From: Octopus sinensis
Lineage: Eukaryota
Assembly (NCBI RefSeq): GCF_006345805.1
Contig: NC_043013.1
Location: 23,560,001 to 23,624,000, forward strand
Direction of reading: 5' to 3'
Length of the DNA: 64,000 nucleotides
The position numbers and the translations under genes are program-made. A model generated the notes under the pieces. That model saw only the letters and a list, made by a program, of their open reading frames with translations. It was not told the DNA's origin and did no database searches. Positions 1-12,951 of the stretch are shown one piece after another; position 1 is the stretch's first letter, and every line of letters starts with the position of its first letter.

Positions 1-1699
1 CTCACAAACCAGCTTCCCTGCTATCTATTTTAGGAATAGCTGTCCTTCGAAGTTCCATGCCTCACGGAGAAGGGAAAGGGTACGTTAGCAGGGGACAATA
101 ATGTAAAATAGATAAATTACAATGTTTGGATATTTTTTTTCTTTTTGTCTTTCCATAATCATAACTTCTGTGATGTGAAACACAGGAATATTAAAAACTG
201 AAGGAGGCGGGGAAACTATTCTAGCGATGTGGGACTTCAAGGAAGAGCTACTCCGCAGCTAAACCTTTTTATGAGCCCTTTTCTGACAAAGCACACCAAT
301 GTGTGTGAAATATCGAGTTATTCTTCAAAAACGAAACTACAAACTCGCATATCTGTTTAGCTCGACTATGTTATCATAAGGTCGGTGTATGCCTCACCAT
401 GTTGTACGGAGTAGAAGGAGGGCCGTTTCTTACATATTACGAAATTATCCTGCAGGAGATTGATCCATTATTTACAATTGCATCGAAACATGAACAGAAG
501 GGGGGGGGCGAGGAAAGCACCAAGGCACTAGCCGTGGTTGTCGACGCAAGTAATTACAAATCCGACTAGAAGTCGACAAAGTGAGAACTGGTGGTTCGAA
601 ACCGTAAGTTGCAGATCGACCAAAGTAGGAAGGTAAACTGAAAAGTCGCCCAGTCAAAGGAAAACGATTTCTGCCAAAGCAGAAAAGGAATGTTATACAA
701 CATTGTCCTAATTTGTTCCGTCTTATATTCGTCAACAACATTTTAAACAAACCTCATATCTTCACACTCGCTAGACATAAACAACAAAAGCTTGAACTAT
801 TCTCAGAAATAGATTGAATGTTGTAAAGCATCAACAGAAAAAGTATTACAATTTCTTCTACGGCCGCCAAACAAACTGATGCCAATTAAAGTTTTAAAAA
901 ATGGAACTTATCATTCTAAAATCGCATTTCATTGTTTCAGGGCAGTCATGGGCGAAATACACCTTGCAGGACTTCCTAACAAATACTTACAGGGAACAAG
1001 CATGAAATTCAAGTAAATTTCTCAGATTTGTTATACACACACACGTACAAAAATAAATGGAAAATTACACAATTATTCATTAAACTTTTTTTTTTTAAGA
1101 CCTGGTCAGCTTTGAATGAGTAAACATATGGTCAAAAGCATTTCAATCTTGACCATTCCTTCTTTTTATTCTAACAGTAAATTTAAGATCTGCTTATCGA
1201 ACATGTTCATTTATTTTCGAGACGGAATCAACTTGTCGGGAGATTGTCGAGTACCTTTTTCAGCACAATTACGCCGACGCTGACGCTAATTATAATAATG
1301 AGGTTGAGATAAGCTTGGAACGTGATGAAGCATTAAAAAAAAAAAAAGTGTTTTTAAAATTTAGACGAAATCCGAGAATTGTTTACTTTTATTCCCGAAG
1401 AACAGTAATAATAACATTTTAAAAGTGAGGACAACAAAACATAAACATACAGACAGCAGATCGAATTCATAAAATTGCTATGAATAATGTAAAGTTTATC
1501 TTAAGACGCGCACACACACACACACACGACAGAGTGAGAGAGAAAGAAATGAATGTTCAAAGAAGCAGTCAACGCACTTTGTATGGTGTTGGTCCCTCGC
1601 TGGGCGATCTTTTCATATAAGTCATAATCAAAAGAAAGCACCTCCATGTATTTTCCACAATTCATTCTAAGCATTCTTTATATAAATAAATGAACTTAC

Positions 1700-1832
1700 T
1701 GCTGCCCTCCGCTTGTATTGTCCATTTTCCGTTTAAATTTATCCGTACTTGTCCATCAATCACATTACACGAGAAAAACTCCGACAGTAATAGCAATAAT
1801 ATGAAAGGAAGAGGAATCAGCTGCAGCAACAT
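1700..1832 (-). CDS. Probable first coding exon of a secreted GH2 glycosidase (beta-mannosidase-like); remainder not traced, probably left of the window
   Basis: MLLQLIPLPFILLLLLSEFFSCNVIDGQVRINLNGKWTIQAEGS: signal-peptide-like hydrophobic N-terminus, then an xLNGxW motif like GH2 N-termini (human MANBA has LRGNWSI). Ends at a GTAAGT donor (plus-strand acttac, 1694-1699). 133 bp, phase 1. Confidence 0.5.
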
Positions 1833-2074
1833 GTTTGGATTAAAGTGTGACCGAACAGAGCAAGTTCTCCAGCTCCGACGGCGGCGGCTACGATCGCTTT
1901 GCCTTTTGTTATCTCTCAACCAAATAAAAATGTCCCTCTTCCTTCTCCAACAGCGCAATAAAGTAAACCAAAGCCGTCACTAACAACAGCAGTTGAACTT
2001 TAAGCACTTACTCTATCTCACATGACATTGAAATTAACCACTCCATTTCATTTGTATTTCGTTGCTTTGGTCGA

Positions 2075-2195
2075 CTTATTGAATTAAGTTCGTAGTAAAT
2101 CGGTGAACCGGCGTTGCATTGTGGGTTCGAATCCTACCAGAGCTGAATTTGTATTTCATCTCTGCAAGGAAAGAATCGATAAAATAAGTATTAGA
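2075..2195 (+). mobile_element. Degraded tRNA-derived SINE fragment
   Basis: B-box GGTTCGAATCC followed by a body resembling the other SINEs in the window (gagctgaatttgtatttcatc...atcgataaaataagta). Confidence 0.55.
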
Positions 2196-4163
2196 TATTT
2201 ATTTGCTACTATCGACAAAAATCAACTACACTGCTTCTTCATAAATGTGTGACTTTTTACCAAATGAAGTCACTAATTATCAGTAATTAAATAAAACCGA
2301 AAAGTTCTTGATTGGTGTGGGAAAGTGTAAAATGGTGATCGGTAATTTGCGTAAAATCCGATAAATTTTTTTTTTAAACCTATAAAGTGAAACTAAATTA
2401 TAAATTCTTAGTTTTGTCTGTAAGATCATAAACGCCGATTGCAGAAAAAAAGAAAAGGAACTCGTATGTTAGAGTAGTAATGACCGTATATTTAGAACTA
2501 CACTGTTCAATGTGTCCTTTATTTCTTTTAAGATGGCAGAGTGTGCTTTGGGATGGATCAGCCTGTCCTTTGTAGAAAGTCGAACGACCACGTAGAGATT
2601 TGTGGGATAATGAGAATCAGTAATAAATTTAGTTGATTCAATTGAATCTCGAGAAGGTACAAGGCTTTTGCTCACTCGTAATGGCATCGCACCCCAGTAT
2701 ACATTGATAGGGAACTAACATACTATTATATTGATATCCGGCGCTCCGTATCGCTTTCACGTTGCCAAGTTCTGTCATGTACGTTTGAACACGGCATGAT
2801 TCGCTCATGTAGAAGTAACTGGTCGTCGCCATTACCTATGGTTTGCCCAAAAGACATCAAACGACTGGCCATTGTCTTCACGACCAGAAGATACTTTATC
2901 CGCCAACAACGACTGATAATCTGTTGAGGTCAGGAGAAACCCATGGGAAACTAGTGATGTCACGCCTGAGACTGTGGTGGTGGTAGTGCCGCCGTAACTA
3001 TTGCTGTGTTGAATGCACAGCCGTTCTAGAACTGCATCCAGAAAAGGTTCCACCCGACGGACTGCCATAAAGTCATTCACAGACACGCTGTTTCCTGTCC
3101 TGCCTTTTCTTGTGCTACTCTAATGGCCTCTGCACCTTTAAGCTGGCCGAACTCATGCTTCCCTTACACAGGCACACGCTCCCCACTTGCCTCTACTTAT
3201 CTTATCACGCTTGTTGTGTCCGCACTAATCATTGCACTTAGTCCCTCCTAATTCAGATTTAAATATTGTCATATATATTCTCTCTTTCCTGGGCCTGTGT
3301 TTATGGGAACACTTTTCTGTTGAGTTAAAAATTAGATTCTGGCAGACAAACTGTGTAACTGGAATTTTCGATGTCATAAATATATTCAACTCACCCGAAT
3401 ATGTTTAGATATGTTCAACTTGGTTGAATTCAATTTGTTTATACCATCTTTTTCTAATTTATGCCTTCCTAATAATTTATGTTTAACTCTGTTTCCAACA
3501 CCATTTTCCCCTTAAAGAAATACAGTAACTGTCGTAAGAATGGTTGGGTAGGAAATTTAATTCGTTGCTTGGCTTAACCCCATCACTAGGTCTTTAGTAG
3601 ACTCCACTGTGTTGCAAATCTCAAATGTGAGGATTGCTGTACTGCTTGTCCATGACTCCGAGTCCTTATAAAGATCATGGACAATTCCCTTCTTTCTCTG
3701 ATTAAACCATGGCGGGGTGAGGAGAAGGAAATATCCCGACAATAATATTTACGTGAAGAATATGTATTTAAGTGCGGGCCAACTAATCTCTCAAAGACCT
3801 GATAGTTATGTGTTAGGCAATATGTAACTGACGAGGTGTAATAAGATAAAAACGTGTCCAGGGTTTTTGGTGTACTTACCAAAAGTCAGAGCCGTTTACC
3901 ATTGCTTGACTCCATTTAATTAATAAACAATTTAGATTTGAGAATTCACTAGCTTACTTTTCATTAACGTTGTCTTTTTGTTTCATTACGAGTGTAATTT
4001 CATTTGATTCAAAATTATTCGGGGTTCGCTAAATTAAGGGATTCGACCTGCCCTAGTCAGGTACTACTGGTCCCAGGGCGCGCACTCGCGCATCCGCGCT
4101 AGCAAGTCGTGACTAGTCGATCCTACATCGACTACCTAGCAAAGTAAATAAAACACAAAATAA

Positions 4164-4590
4164 ATAGGCGATCTTTCGTTTCTAGTAGACCTTACCGTCG
4201 ATTTCCGTAAAATTTTTTTTTTTTTTTTACATATGGGCTTGCGGGAACTTTTGAAGTAATATACATATACACATACACCGAGTAAAACATTTCAGTTATC
4301 TCTTTCTTTCACACATTACTCTGTCTCTTCACACACACTAACAGAAGCACTTCACTTACACAACATACTGTCTGTCTCCCACACCCCATCAAACACACAC
4401 ACACACACATATACATCAATGCTTCCCATGCACGGTAACTTCAAAAGAACTTCCCTCGTCATACAATCGCTTTCTCTTAGTCTCTTTCGCTCTCATTACT
4501 TCAAAAGTTCCCGCAAGCCCATATGTAAAAAAAAAAATATATTTACGGAAATCGACGGAAAGGTCTACTAGAGACGAAAGATTGCCAATA
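4164..4590. mobile_element. MITE/foldback with ~95-bp terminal inverted repeats
   Basis: 4164-4260 (gatctttcgtttctagtagaccttaccgtcgatttccgtaaa...gggcttgcgggaacttttgaagtaat) is the reverse complement of 4496-4590. Confidence 0.75.
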
Positions 4591-4616
4591 AATAATTTTT
4601 AACACAAAGTAAATAA

Positions 4617-5037
4617 TTGGATCTTTTCGGTTTGAACGGCAGTTTTTAAAAATAATTTCCACGTAACTAAACACTTTTAAACTTCGTATACTGGTAGAAT
4701 GTGTTTATAAAACATCTTTTTCTCTTGGCTTTATTGAGAAAATTCTATAGTTTGTAAGATATTTGTTGTTGCTTTTTTTCATTTTCTGCAATTTCAATCA
4801 ATCAATGACGTCTATTGAGGTGAAAACATTATGTGCCGTATGAATATATCCCTCGTTTAAGAAACAGATTGGGTTTATTTACATTTGTGAAGAAAAAAGA
4901 TACCCTTCCCCCCATCCTTAACCCTGACCCTAAAACAGATTGAAATGCAATAGATCGATACTAGGGTCATAATTATGGGTGACAATTTCATATGACACCG
5001 CTAGAAAAAAACTGCCGTTCAAACCGAAAAGATCCAA
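4617..5037. mobile_element. Non-autonomous DNA transposon (MITE) with ~30-bp TIRs
   Basis: ttggatcttttcggtttgaacggcagtttt at the left end and its exact reverse complement at the right end. Flanked by ATAA on both sides (possible 4-bp TSD). Confidence 0.8.
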
Positions 5038-5329
5038 ATAATCTTTTAAAACAAACTAAATAAAACACAAAGTAAGGATCGACTAGTCATGACTAGCTAG
5101 CGCTTCTTAAGTAGTACCCCCTAGCCATAAAAAGGAAAAGATTAGAGTGTCAATTTGTGGTATTTAATTATGTTCTGAGCTTTAAACTTCACTACAGGAG
5201 AACAATACTTTCCTTTCCTTCTGATAACACGTGAAGTAATGAGATAGTTTAAAAACCGTATTGATATCAACCCGCCCAGTGACCTTGTTTTACAATATCC
5301 ACATTTAAATTAGAACATACTCTTTTTTC

Positions 5330-5551
5330 TTTTTCTCTTTCTACTTGTTTCAGTCATTTGACTGCGGCCATGCTGGAGCACCGCCTTTAGTCGAGCAAAT
5401 CGACCCCGGGACTTATTCTTTGTAAGCCCAGTACTTATTCTATCGGTCTCTTTTGCCGAATCGCTAAGTGACGGGGACGTAAACACACCAGCATCGGTTG
5501 TCAAGCAATGCTAGGGGAACAAACACAGACACACAAACATATTCACACACA

Positions 5552-5591
<40 letters not shown>

Positions 5592-5755
5592 TACGACAGG
5601 CTTCTTTCAGTTTCCGTCTACCAAATCCACTCACAAGGCATTGGTCGTCCTGGGGCTATAGCAGAAGACACGTGCCCAAGATGCCACGCAGTGGGACTGA
5701 ACCCGGAACCATGTGGTTGGTTAGCAAGCTACTTACCACACAGCCACTCATGCCA
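5330..5755 (-). mobile_element. Composite tRNA-derived SINE with internal (TA)n microsatellite
   Basis: Near-identical copies at 23830-24255 and 46100-46455, and in opposite orientation at 5978-7168. Confidence 0.8.
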
Positions 5756-5977
5756 TAACATTGTTTTTTTATTTATATAGGAATCATTATTGTTGTCCTA
5801 TGTTCCATACAACATCTGTGTAATGAAAAAGTGAATAATTTTACAAAACCCGCCAACTTTCAAAATATTTTAATAATAATAATAATAATAATTGTGTACA
5901 GTGCTCAGGTGCACTACAACTCATCTAAAGTGTATATATAATCAGGTGTAGTTTCGACGGATTTCGAAAAGAATTGT

Positions 5978-7168
5978 GGTGACTGTGTGGTAAGTAGCTT
6001 GCTTACCAGCCACATAATTCTGAAAAGTGTCTTCTACTATATATTTCTTTATTGCCCACAAGGGGCCAAACATAGAGAGGACAAACAAGGACAGACATAG
6101 GTATTAAGTCGATTACATCGACCCCAGTGCGAAACTAGTACTTTTATTTATCGACCCCGAAAGGATGAAAGGCAAAGTCGACCTCGGCGGAATTTGAACT
6201 CAGAACGTAACGACAGACGAAATACCTATTTCTTTATTGCCCACAAGGGGCTAAACATAGAGAGGACAAACAAGGACAGACAAAGGGATTAAGTCGATTA
6301 CATCGACCCCAGTGCGAAACTGGTACTTTTATTTATCGACCCCGAAAGGATGAAAGGCAAAGTCGACCTCGGCGGAATTTGAACTCAGAACGTAACGACA
6401 GACGAAATACCTATTTCTTTATTGCCCACAAGGAGCTAAACACAGAGAGGACAAACAAGGACAGACAAAGGGATTAAGTCGATTACATCGACCCCAGTGC
6501 GAAACTGATACTTTTATTTATCGACCCCGAAACGATGAAAGGCAAAGTCGACCTCGGCGGAATTTGAACTCAGAACGTAACGACAGACGAAATACCTATT
6601 TCTTTATTACCCACAAGGGGCTAAACACAGAGGGGACAAACAAGGACAGACAAAGAGATTAAGTCGATTACATCGACCCCAGTGCGAAACTGGTACTTTT
6701 ATTTATCGACCCCGAAAGGATGAAAGGCAAAGTCGACCTCGGCGGAATTTGAACTCAGAACGTAACGACAGACGAAATACCGCTAAGCATTCCGCCCGGC
6801 GCGCTAACGTGTCTGCCAGCTCGCCGCCTTATAATGTCTTCTACTATAGCGACGGGCCGACCAAAGCCTTGTGAATGAATTTGGTAGACAGAAACTGAAA
6901 TAAGTCCGTCGTATAGATGCGCGCGCGCGTGTGTGTGTGTGTGTGTGTGCGCGCGTGCGTGCATGTGTATGTGTGTTTGTCCCCCCCCCACATCGCTTCA
7001 CAACCGATACTGGTGTGTTTACATCCCCCGTAATTAGCGTTTCGGCGAAAGAGAACGATGGAATGAGCACTAGGCTTCCAAAGAATAAGTCTTAGGGTCG
7101 ATTTGTTCGACTAAAGGCGGTGCTCCAGCATGGCTGCAGTCAAATGACCGAAACAAGCAAAAGAATTG
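5978..7168 (+). mobile_element. Composite SINE interrupted by a second SINE concatemer
   Basis: Head gtggtgactgtgtggtaagtagcttgc at 5978. The body resumes after 6834 with gcgacgggccgaccaaagcc...ggtgctccagcatggctgcagtcaaatgac. Confidence 0.7.
6042..6834 (-). mobile_element. SINE with one head and four tandem 185-bp body units, 14-bp TSD
   Basis: Units start at 6042, 6227, 6412 and 6597 (185-bp period); single head at 6782-6834. TSD tgtcttctactata at 6028-6041 and 6835-6848. Confidence 0.85.
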
Positions 7169-7682
7169 TAATATACTAATTCTATATTTTATTAGAAATC
7201 TCCTCACGAAACGCTAAACGACCATTCTCTCGCTGAGAGGGGAAAAGCCCGATGTAAACAGAACAAATAATTTTATTCGGGGGGAAAATGGGGCGGCGTT
7301 TTTGCGTTCAGCTGAATTTCTGCGGTCAGATGAGAAGTTTGTCTGGTCTCACAGGTTCCCAAGTGGACGATTGTAGTCTCGTATCACAGAAGACACTAAA
7401 ACACACTCAAGGAAATAGAATAAATAGCTTTCGCCATTTCTTTTTTTCTTATTTTTTCAACATGAGGACATGTTTCCTTCACGGTTCACGTTGAAATTTT
7501 AGGTCCTTTTTCAATAAACCCCAGATTTTCATTTATGTTGTTGTTGTTCTTATTTAGTTGATATTTTTTTTGGAACTCGGTGAACCAAATATTTTTACAA
7601 ACTGGGATTAGAAAGAAAACCCAAGGGTAAAAAGAAAGAATAGAAAACTGACTACGCAAAAATTCGGGTTTCTTAACCTCTG

Positions 7683-7685
<3 letters not shown>

Positions 7686-7745
<60 letters not shown>

Positions 7746-7761
7746 TATTATTATTATTATT
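7686..7761. repeat. (ATT)n microsatellite
   Basis: About 25 uninterrupted ATT units. Confidence 0.95.
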
Positions 7762-7863
7762 ATCGTATTCCCCCCACTTCACCAGTTCACCCGCCCGATT
7801 TCTTCTCACATATTGAAAAAAATATTTACTTTAACTCCCAGTCACCCCCACCAAAACCCCCCC

Positions 7864-9561
7864 GTCTAATAGGTGTAAAAAAATGTGTAGAAAACGAACG
7901 GGGGTGGGGTGGGGGGAGAGGACTTTCGGAAAATTCACAAGATCCGTTTTTTTTCCCTCATAACTCTCAGGAAAATGGGTATCTTTCGATGAAAGTTTAT
8001 ACAAATACTTTTCAAACGGCATAGATTACGATTATAAAGAAATTTGTGAGAAAAAAAATGTTTTCCAAGGGAGTGAGGAGAAGAATTTCGGAAAAACGGA
8101 GTTTCGGATCAAGAAGACCATCTAAGTTGGAATTTCTCCGTTGTAACGGGGAAAAGTATGCTATTTAAAATTAATTATCTTTTACATAGCTATTTTTTTT
8201 TTTTAGCGTGGATGAATGCCAGAAATGACCTCAGGCTTTCCAATATTTTAAATTATAAACAGAAACAATCAGGGTTGAAGAAAAATCATAAATTTTCAAA
8301 TAATTTTTTATAACATAAATGTGTTTATGGGGAGAAAAGTATTGAAAAACGTCAATACATGCGAGAGTGAGAAAGAAACGAGGAGGGTTGTCTTGGGATG
8401 TGCTAGAAACGACAGCCAAATCTCCCTTAAATCCATACTACTCAAAGGGGTGGCCATCAGCTGCTGGTACGCGGATAGTTTCCAGAAAAGAAAGAAAGAT
8501 TATAAAATACTCATGTAATATTGTATTATTTGTTTTCAAAATAAATAGAAGATTTAAAAAATGTCAGCTTTTATTATATCTATATATATAAAACTGTAGT
8601 TGTGTGAGTGTCTGTCTCCTACGATTTAGATTCCTAACTCCTCCCACATTTTGCGGTGCAGTTTAACCAAATTCGGGTATCTTATAGTTGTGATTAATAT
8701 CGAGCCCGTCTGGCTATTAGCGCGCGTCTACGATGAGTCTACGATTTTAAAAATAATTTAACATCATTTTTTATTCCATTTTAATGCATAATTTTTCGTG
8801 TGTCGATGGCGGCGGAGTTGGCGTCCACGCTCAAACACCTGCACCTGTGTTTGCTTCTCCCCCTTCTTCCCTCCCTCGTGAAGCTGTGGGGAAGGGAGTT
8901 TAAGGAAATCAACGTCGTAATGCGTTGTCAAGGACACCAGCGTTCTTTTAGAACAACGACTTCATGGCTTGAAGACACCAAAACAGAAATGGCTAAGAAA
9001 GCCCGAATTGGCATCTATAAAGGAAGTAACTCTCTAAAAATGCTTATATAGTTATTTCCCTTACAAACCCGAGCAACGTCGGGCGATACTGCTAGTTCTT
9101 TATATATATTGTTTCCGGTATAAATTACTAAGAAATATTATAGGTCTCGGTACGCCACATCAGATAGTCTGAGAAGCACTGTCTTAAACCATACATTTCC
9201 CTCTGAAAATATTTATGTATTTTATAATTATTTTTTACCGAAAAGGCTCTTCCCAAAGTTTTTACAAAAAAATGATCTTATTTGGTCTTCCTGATCCGAA
9301 ACTCGGTTTTCTCGAAATTTTTCTCCCTACCCCGCGGAAAAAAAAAATTTTCCCCACACATTTCTTTATAATCGTAATCTATGCCGTTTGAAAGATATTT
9401 GTATAAACTTTCATTAAAAGATACCCATTTTCCTGAAAGTTATGAGGGAAAAATCGGACTGCATGAATTTCCCAAAAGTCCTCCCCCCCACCCCGTTCGT
9501 TTGCGCAAATTTCTGTTTTCATAGTCGTTTTCTACACATTTTTTTTTTACATATATTAGAC
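7864..9561. mobile_element. Foldback structure with ~260-280-bp inverted arms
   Basis: 7864-8120 (gtctaat...gtttcggatcaagaagacca) is an imperfect reverse complement of 9283-9561 (tggtcttcctgatccgaaac...attagac). Confidence 0.7.
8579..9095 (+). mobile_element. Short non-autonomous Helitron (517 bp)
   Basis: 5' TCTATATATATAAAACTG after an A. Subterminal hairpin cccgagcaacgtcggg (9068-9083). 3' CTAG followed by T (A|T insertion, no TSD). Confidence 0.8.
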
Positions 9562-10699
9562 TGTTTTTTTGTTTCGTTTTCGGTTTTGGTGACAATGAAT
9601 TCAAGCAGACACTAACCAAATCATCTTCTCTACAACATGATTTATTGTTATAACACTAACAGCTTTAAATTAGCATCCATAAAATCCCAACAAGGAAAAT
9701 GAATCTCACAAAAATAATATTAAAAATGATGAAGAAGTTTTCTATCCTTAAACATTTTCTCAACTGAAATCACCATATTTCCACCAGGATAAGAACTCGA
9801 GTCCAACCATGACCTTCACGCAACAAAGCAAAATTTAAGTCATCTTTCCTTCTTTTTATTTTTTTTTCACATTTTTACTTGTATAATGAAAGGAGGGTTT
9901 TTATGATACTTTGGTGGGTATCTTCTTCTTCCATTATAATCATGCTGTTGATTTAAGGAGCTGGAAATACGAAGAATGAAGTTCTCAGGCAGAGTAAACT
10001 CAACAACCGTTAATTCACAGGTGCTTCGTACAAGGGGTTTGCTTTCAGTAACCATCCTCATAGCAGTGCGTAGTTAGCCTTCTCTCCCATACGCCTGAGG
10101 TTCAATACCCTCTGGAGACAATGCATGTGGTATCACAGCGGGACAGAAGTCTGCCGTGAGCTCCTGTTAACAACGGAACAAAGGCTATTTGGCACATAAA
10201 ATATACAGGGACAAGATTAGTTTCAAATACGAAGGGAGATAACGCTATTCGACTTGTAAATGTTTATTAGTTTTACACGAGTAATTCCCCTTGTTGCACC
10301 CAAATTTATTTTCTTAAAATTTTATTAATGCATTTCTCTTTTTTTTTAATTTTTATTTTCACTGAAATTTGGTCATGATACATATAACTCAAAAAGAAGT
10401 TCATATGTTTTTAACCATTTAATAACTTCCTCGTAATCATAGTACAACATGACCCCACCCCATCAAAAAAAAACTGACATTATCCTCATTGATGTTATTT
10501 TAGAGATTTTGTTTTCATATATAACATAGAAACATGTACATCTTTTAAAACATTGTCATTCTATAAGATTCTGCTGGCAAATTCGTAAATTAGCATAAAC
10601 ATTTATTTACATGAAAGAAAATTTCTTCTATTTCTTCCAAATCATTCTGTTAAAACTGTACTGAAGCCATTTGTGGTCGCTCAACACAACGGAACCTAC

Positions 10700-11530
10700 C
10701 GAAGCAAGCCAGTACGCTCGCAGCATTACCACGGGCGATGGCAAAACACCACCTGACACCTTGGTGAGGTGAGCTGCCAATGTTGGCAGGAACTTCGCAG
10801 TTAGTGGTCCAATCCCTCTGAACATCTCAAACGCCACAGGATGGAAGAGATAGTTCACTGCCAAGTCCCAATACTTCAAGGTTTTCTTCCATTTGGCTAT
10901 GGAAGCAGTGACTCTCCCATTAACTGCAGCATCCAGGATGTAGGAAGAAGCAAAGGAGTCACAGACTATGGCGCCCCAAACGAGGTACCCACCCCTAACC
11001 CAGGGACAGAGCGTAAGACCACCTGGTCTCTTTCCATCACTTCTGGATAACCCCGACAGCTCCAGAACTGAGGATATTTATCCGAGCCAGGGATTAGGTT
11101 TAGCTTGGTGTGACGAGCAAAGTGACCAGCATTTAGGTTCTGTAGGATCAAGGGGCCTACAGCAACAACATCTCAGTCCCCTACAGACGTCAGCTCCGCT
11201 CTGGGTGTAATGAAGATACAGACTTCGTCTAGACTGAGTAGACCTCCAATGTTGGCCACAGGCAGGGCATCAATCCAGTCCCCTGAGAATTTTACACTAA
11301 CTGAAAGTAGGCAACACCTTGAAAATTGATCAGATTTATCGAGGAGAGAATTGAAAGTGGTACCTGAACACTCTCTCTTTCTGTCTATCCTCAACTGTAA
11401 CAGGAACTGACAAACCCAGCTCTCTCCACCGTGATAGAGCTTCATCCATCTCCCTGTTGCAACTAGTCCGTGTTGGAGAGGAGAGGATGTTGCCTGCCAA
11501 AGGGGAGCAAGCGTGGATGGAGGCTTGATA
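10700..11530 (-). pseudogene. CRE-like non-LTR retrotransposon relic, C-terminal restriction-like endonuclease region
   Basis: Frameshifted motifs on the - strand: SGDWIDALPVANIG, HFARHTKLN, DGKRPGGLTLCPWVRGGYLVW (R/KPD-type RLE motif with D>G), KYWDLAVNYLFHPVAFE, RGNAASVL. Confidence 0.75.
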
Positions 11531-12951
11531 TTATTTTCATGAAGTTTGGAAGACTTGATAACAATAATTCCCCAGCTAAAGTTTAGCTGACAGTAATATA
11601 AATAGAGAGTGTTATTACTGCATTTGTTCCATTTGTATCATAATGCTCAAAGCGTAAACTCAGAAATCTTTTATTGTGCTTTCGAATTCTGTGTTGAAAT
11701 AATGAATAAATCAATGGAGGTAATGTTATATATGTTTATGTTGTGAAAGGATTTTGAGCAAACGACATAAAAAAAGATAAAGAATTTCACTAAGATAATC
11801 ATTATCTACACTTTCTGCAAACATGTTTATTATTTTGAAAATTATGAGAAACAGTGTTGTTAATGGGGATCCAAATTGTATTATGTCTGAATTTTCTACC
11901 TCTTTGAAGCTAAAGGAAATAGGATACCAAGGCCTGTATTAAACAAAATACTTAGCCTCATTTCTTTACGTTTTGAATTCAAATCCTGCAGGGTTGAACT
12001 TTGCCTTTCATTCTTTTGGGGTCAATAGCATCGATTTAATCCACAAATCTGGTTTTGTTGGATTTAGGCCAAAATTTGAACCATTTATTATCATTATTGT
12101 TATTGTTTTTGGTGTTATTTGGTTAAATAACATGCTTGTGAGTCTTGGATGATGTTCAGTTATTTCTTTTTTTTTTTTGCTGAATGTCCCAAGACTCAAA
12201 TTGTATCAAAGTGCCCATTCGACAATATTACCAAACTGTGACCTCCTTCTTCAAAGTTTTGTGTTGTCAATTTGAGTTTCATATTTGATATTTATATAAG
12301 ACAATGTTTGTAATTTATTCATCTTCAGTTTGGTGCTGGTTATATTTAAAATCAACCAATAAATGCATAACTCATTTCCTGAACCGTAACAATTCTATGT
12401 GTCCTTTTCTGAAGAGCTAAGCAGATGAAAGGTATGGTTCTTTTGGTTGTGAGTTCAAATTCCATTAAAGCCAACTCAGTCTTTCATTTATCGTGGGTCA
12501 ATAAAATAAAATATAAATCAAGTACCAATATTGATTTAATAATGAATTGAATGAATTTAAATGTAGCAGAAGTAGCGATCCATTAATTATTTTCATTATC
12601 TTTCAAATTAATAACCCTTGATTGGGTTTTAATTTTTATTTTACAGACATACTCATACAAATCGATTCCCTACCACCTCCTCTGGTCAACAATGAATCAA
12701 CATCACTCTTTTTTTTATTATTCCTCTTGTAGTTGCTTAATATATAACAAACATGAAATTGTGAATTTACAGTAATAACAATCAATAAAGTCATAAGTAA
12801 TAAACAAACAAAATATTCTAATTAAAATAGCCACACTTAATGATATTTATTGTGTTTTTAACACAGCACGTACATAAGATATATTTTTGTTGGACAAATC
12901 CTGCAGTAACTGGCCACTTAACAGTATTTATACATTAAGTATGATACATAG

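Noticed and set aside
170-880. Possible LTR integrase or transposase relic on the + strand
   Set aside because: Only a weak QQKKYYN resemblance, many stops and no catalytic motif recognised.
941-1012. Possible + strand exon (tttcag...gtaaat)
   Set aside because: No recognisable protein match and no partner exons.
2075-2145. Functional tRNA gene
   Set aside because: Only the B box is good, there is no acceptor stem, and it runs into a SINE body.
6042-6781. CRISPR-like array
   Set aside because: Eukaryotic context; the 185-bp units are contiguous SINE segments with no unique spacers.
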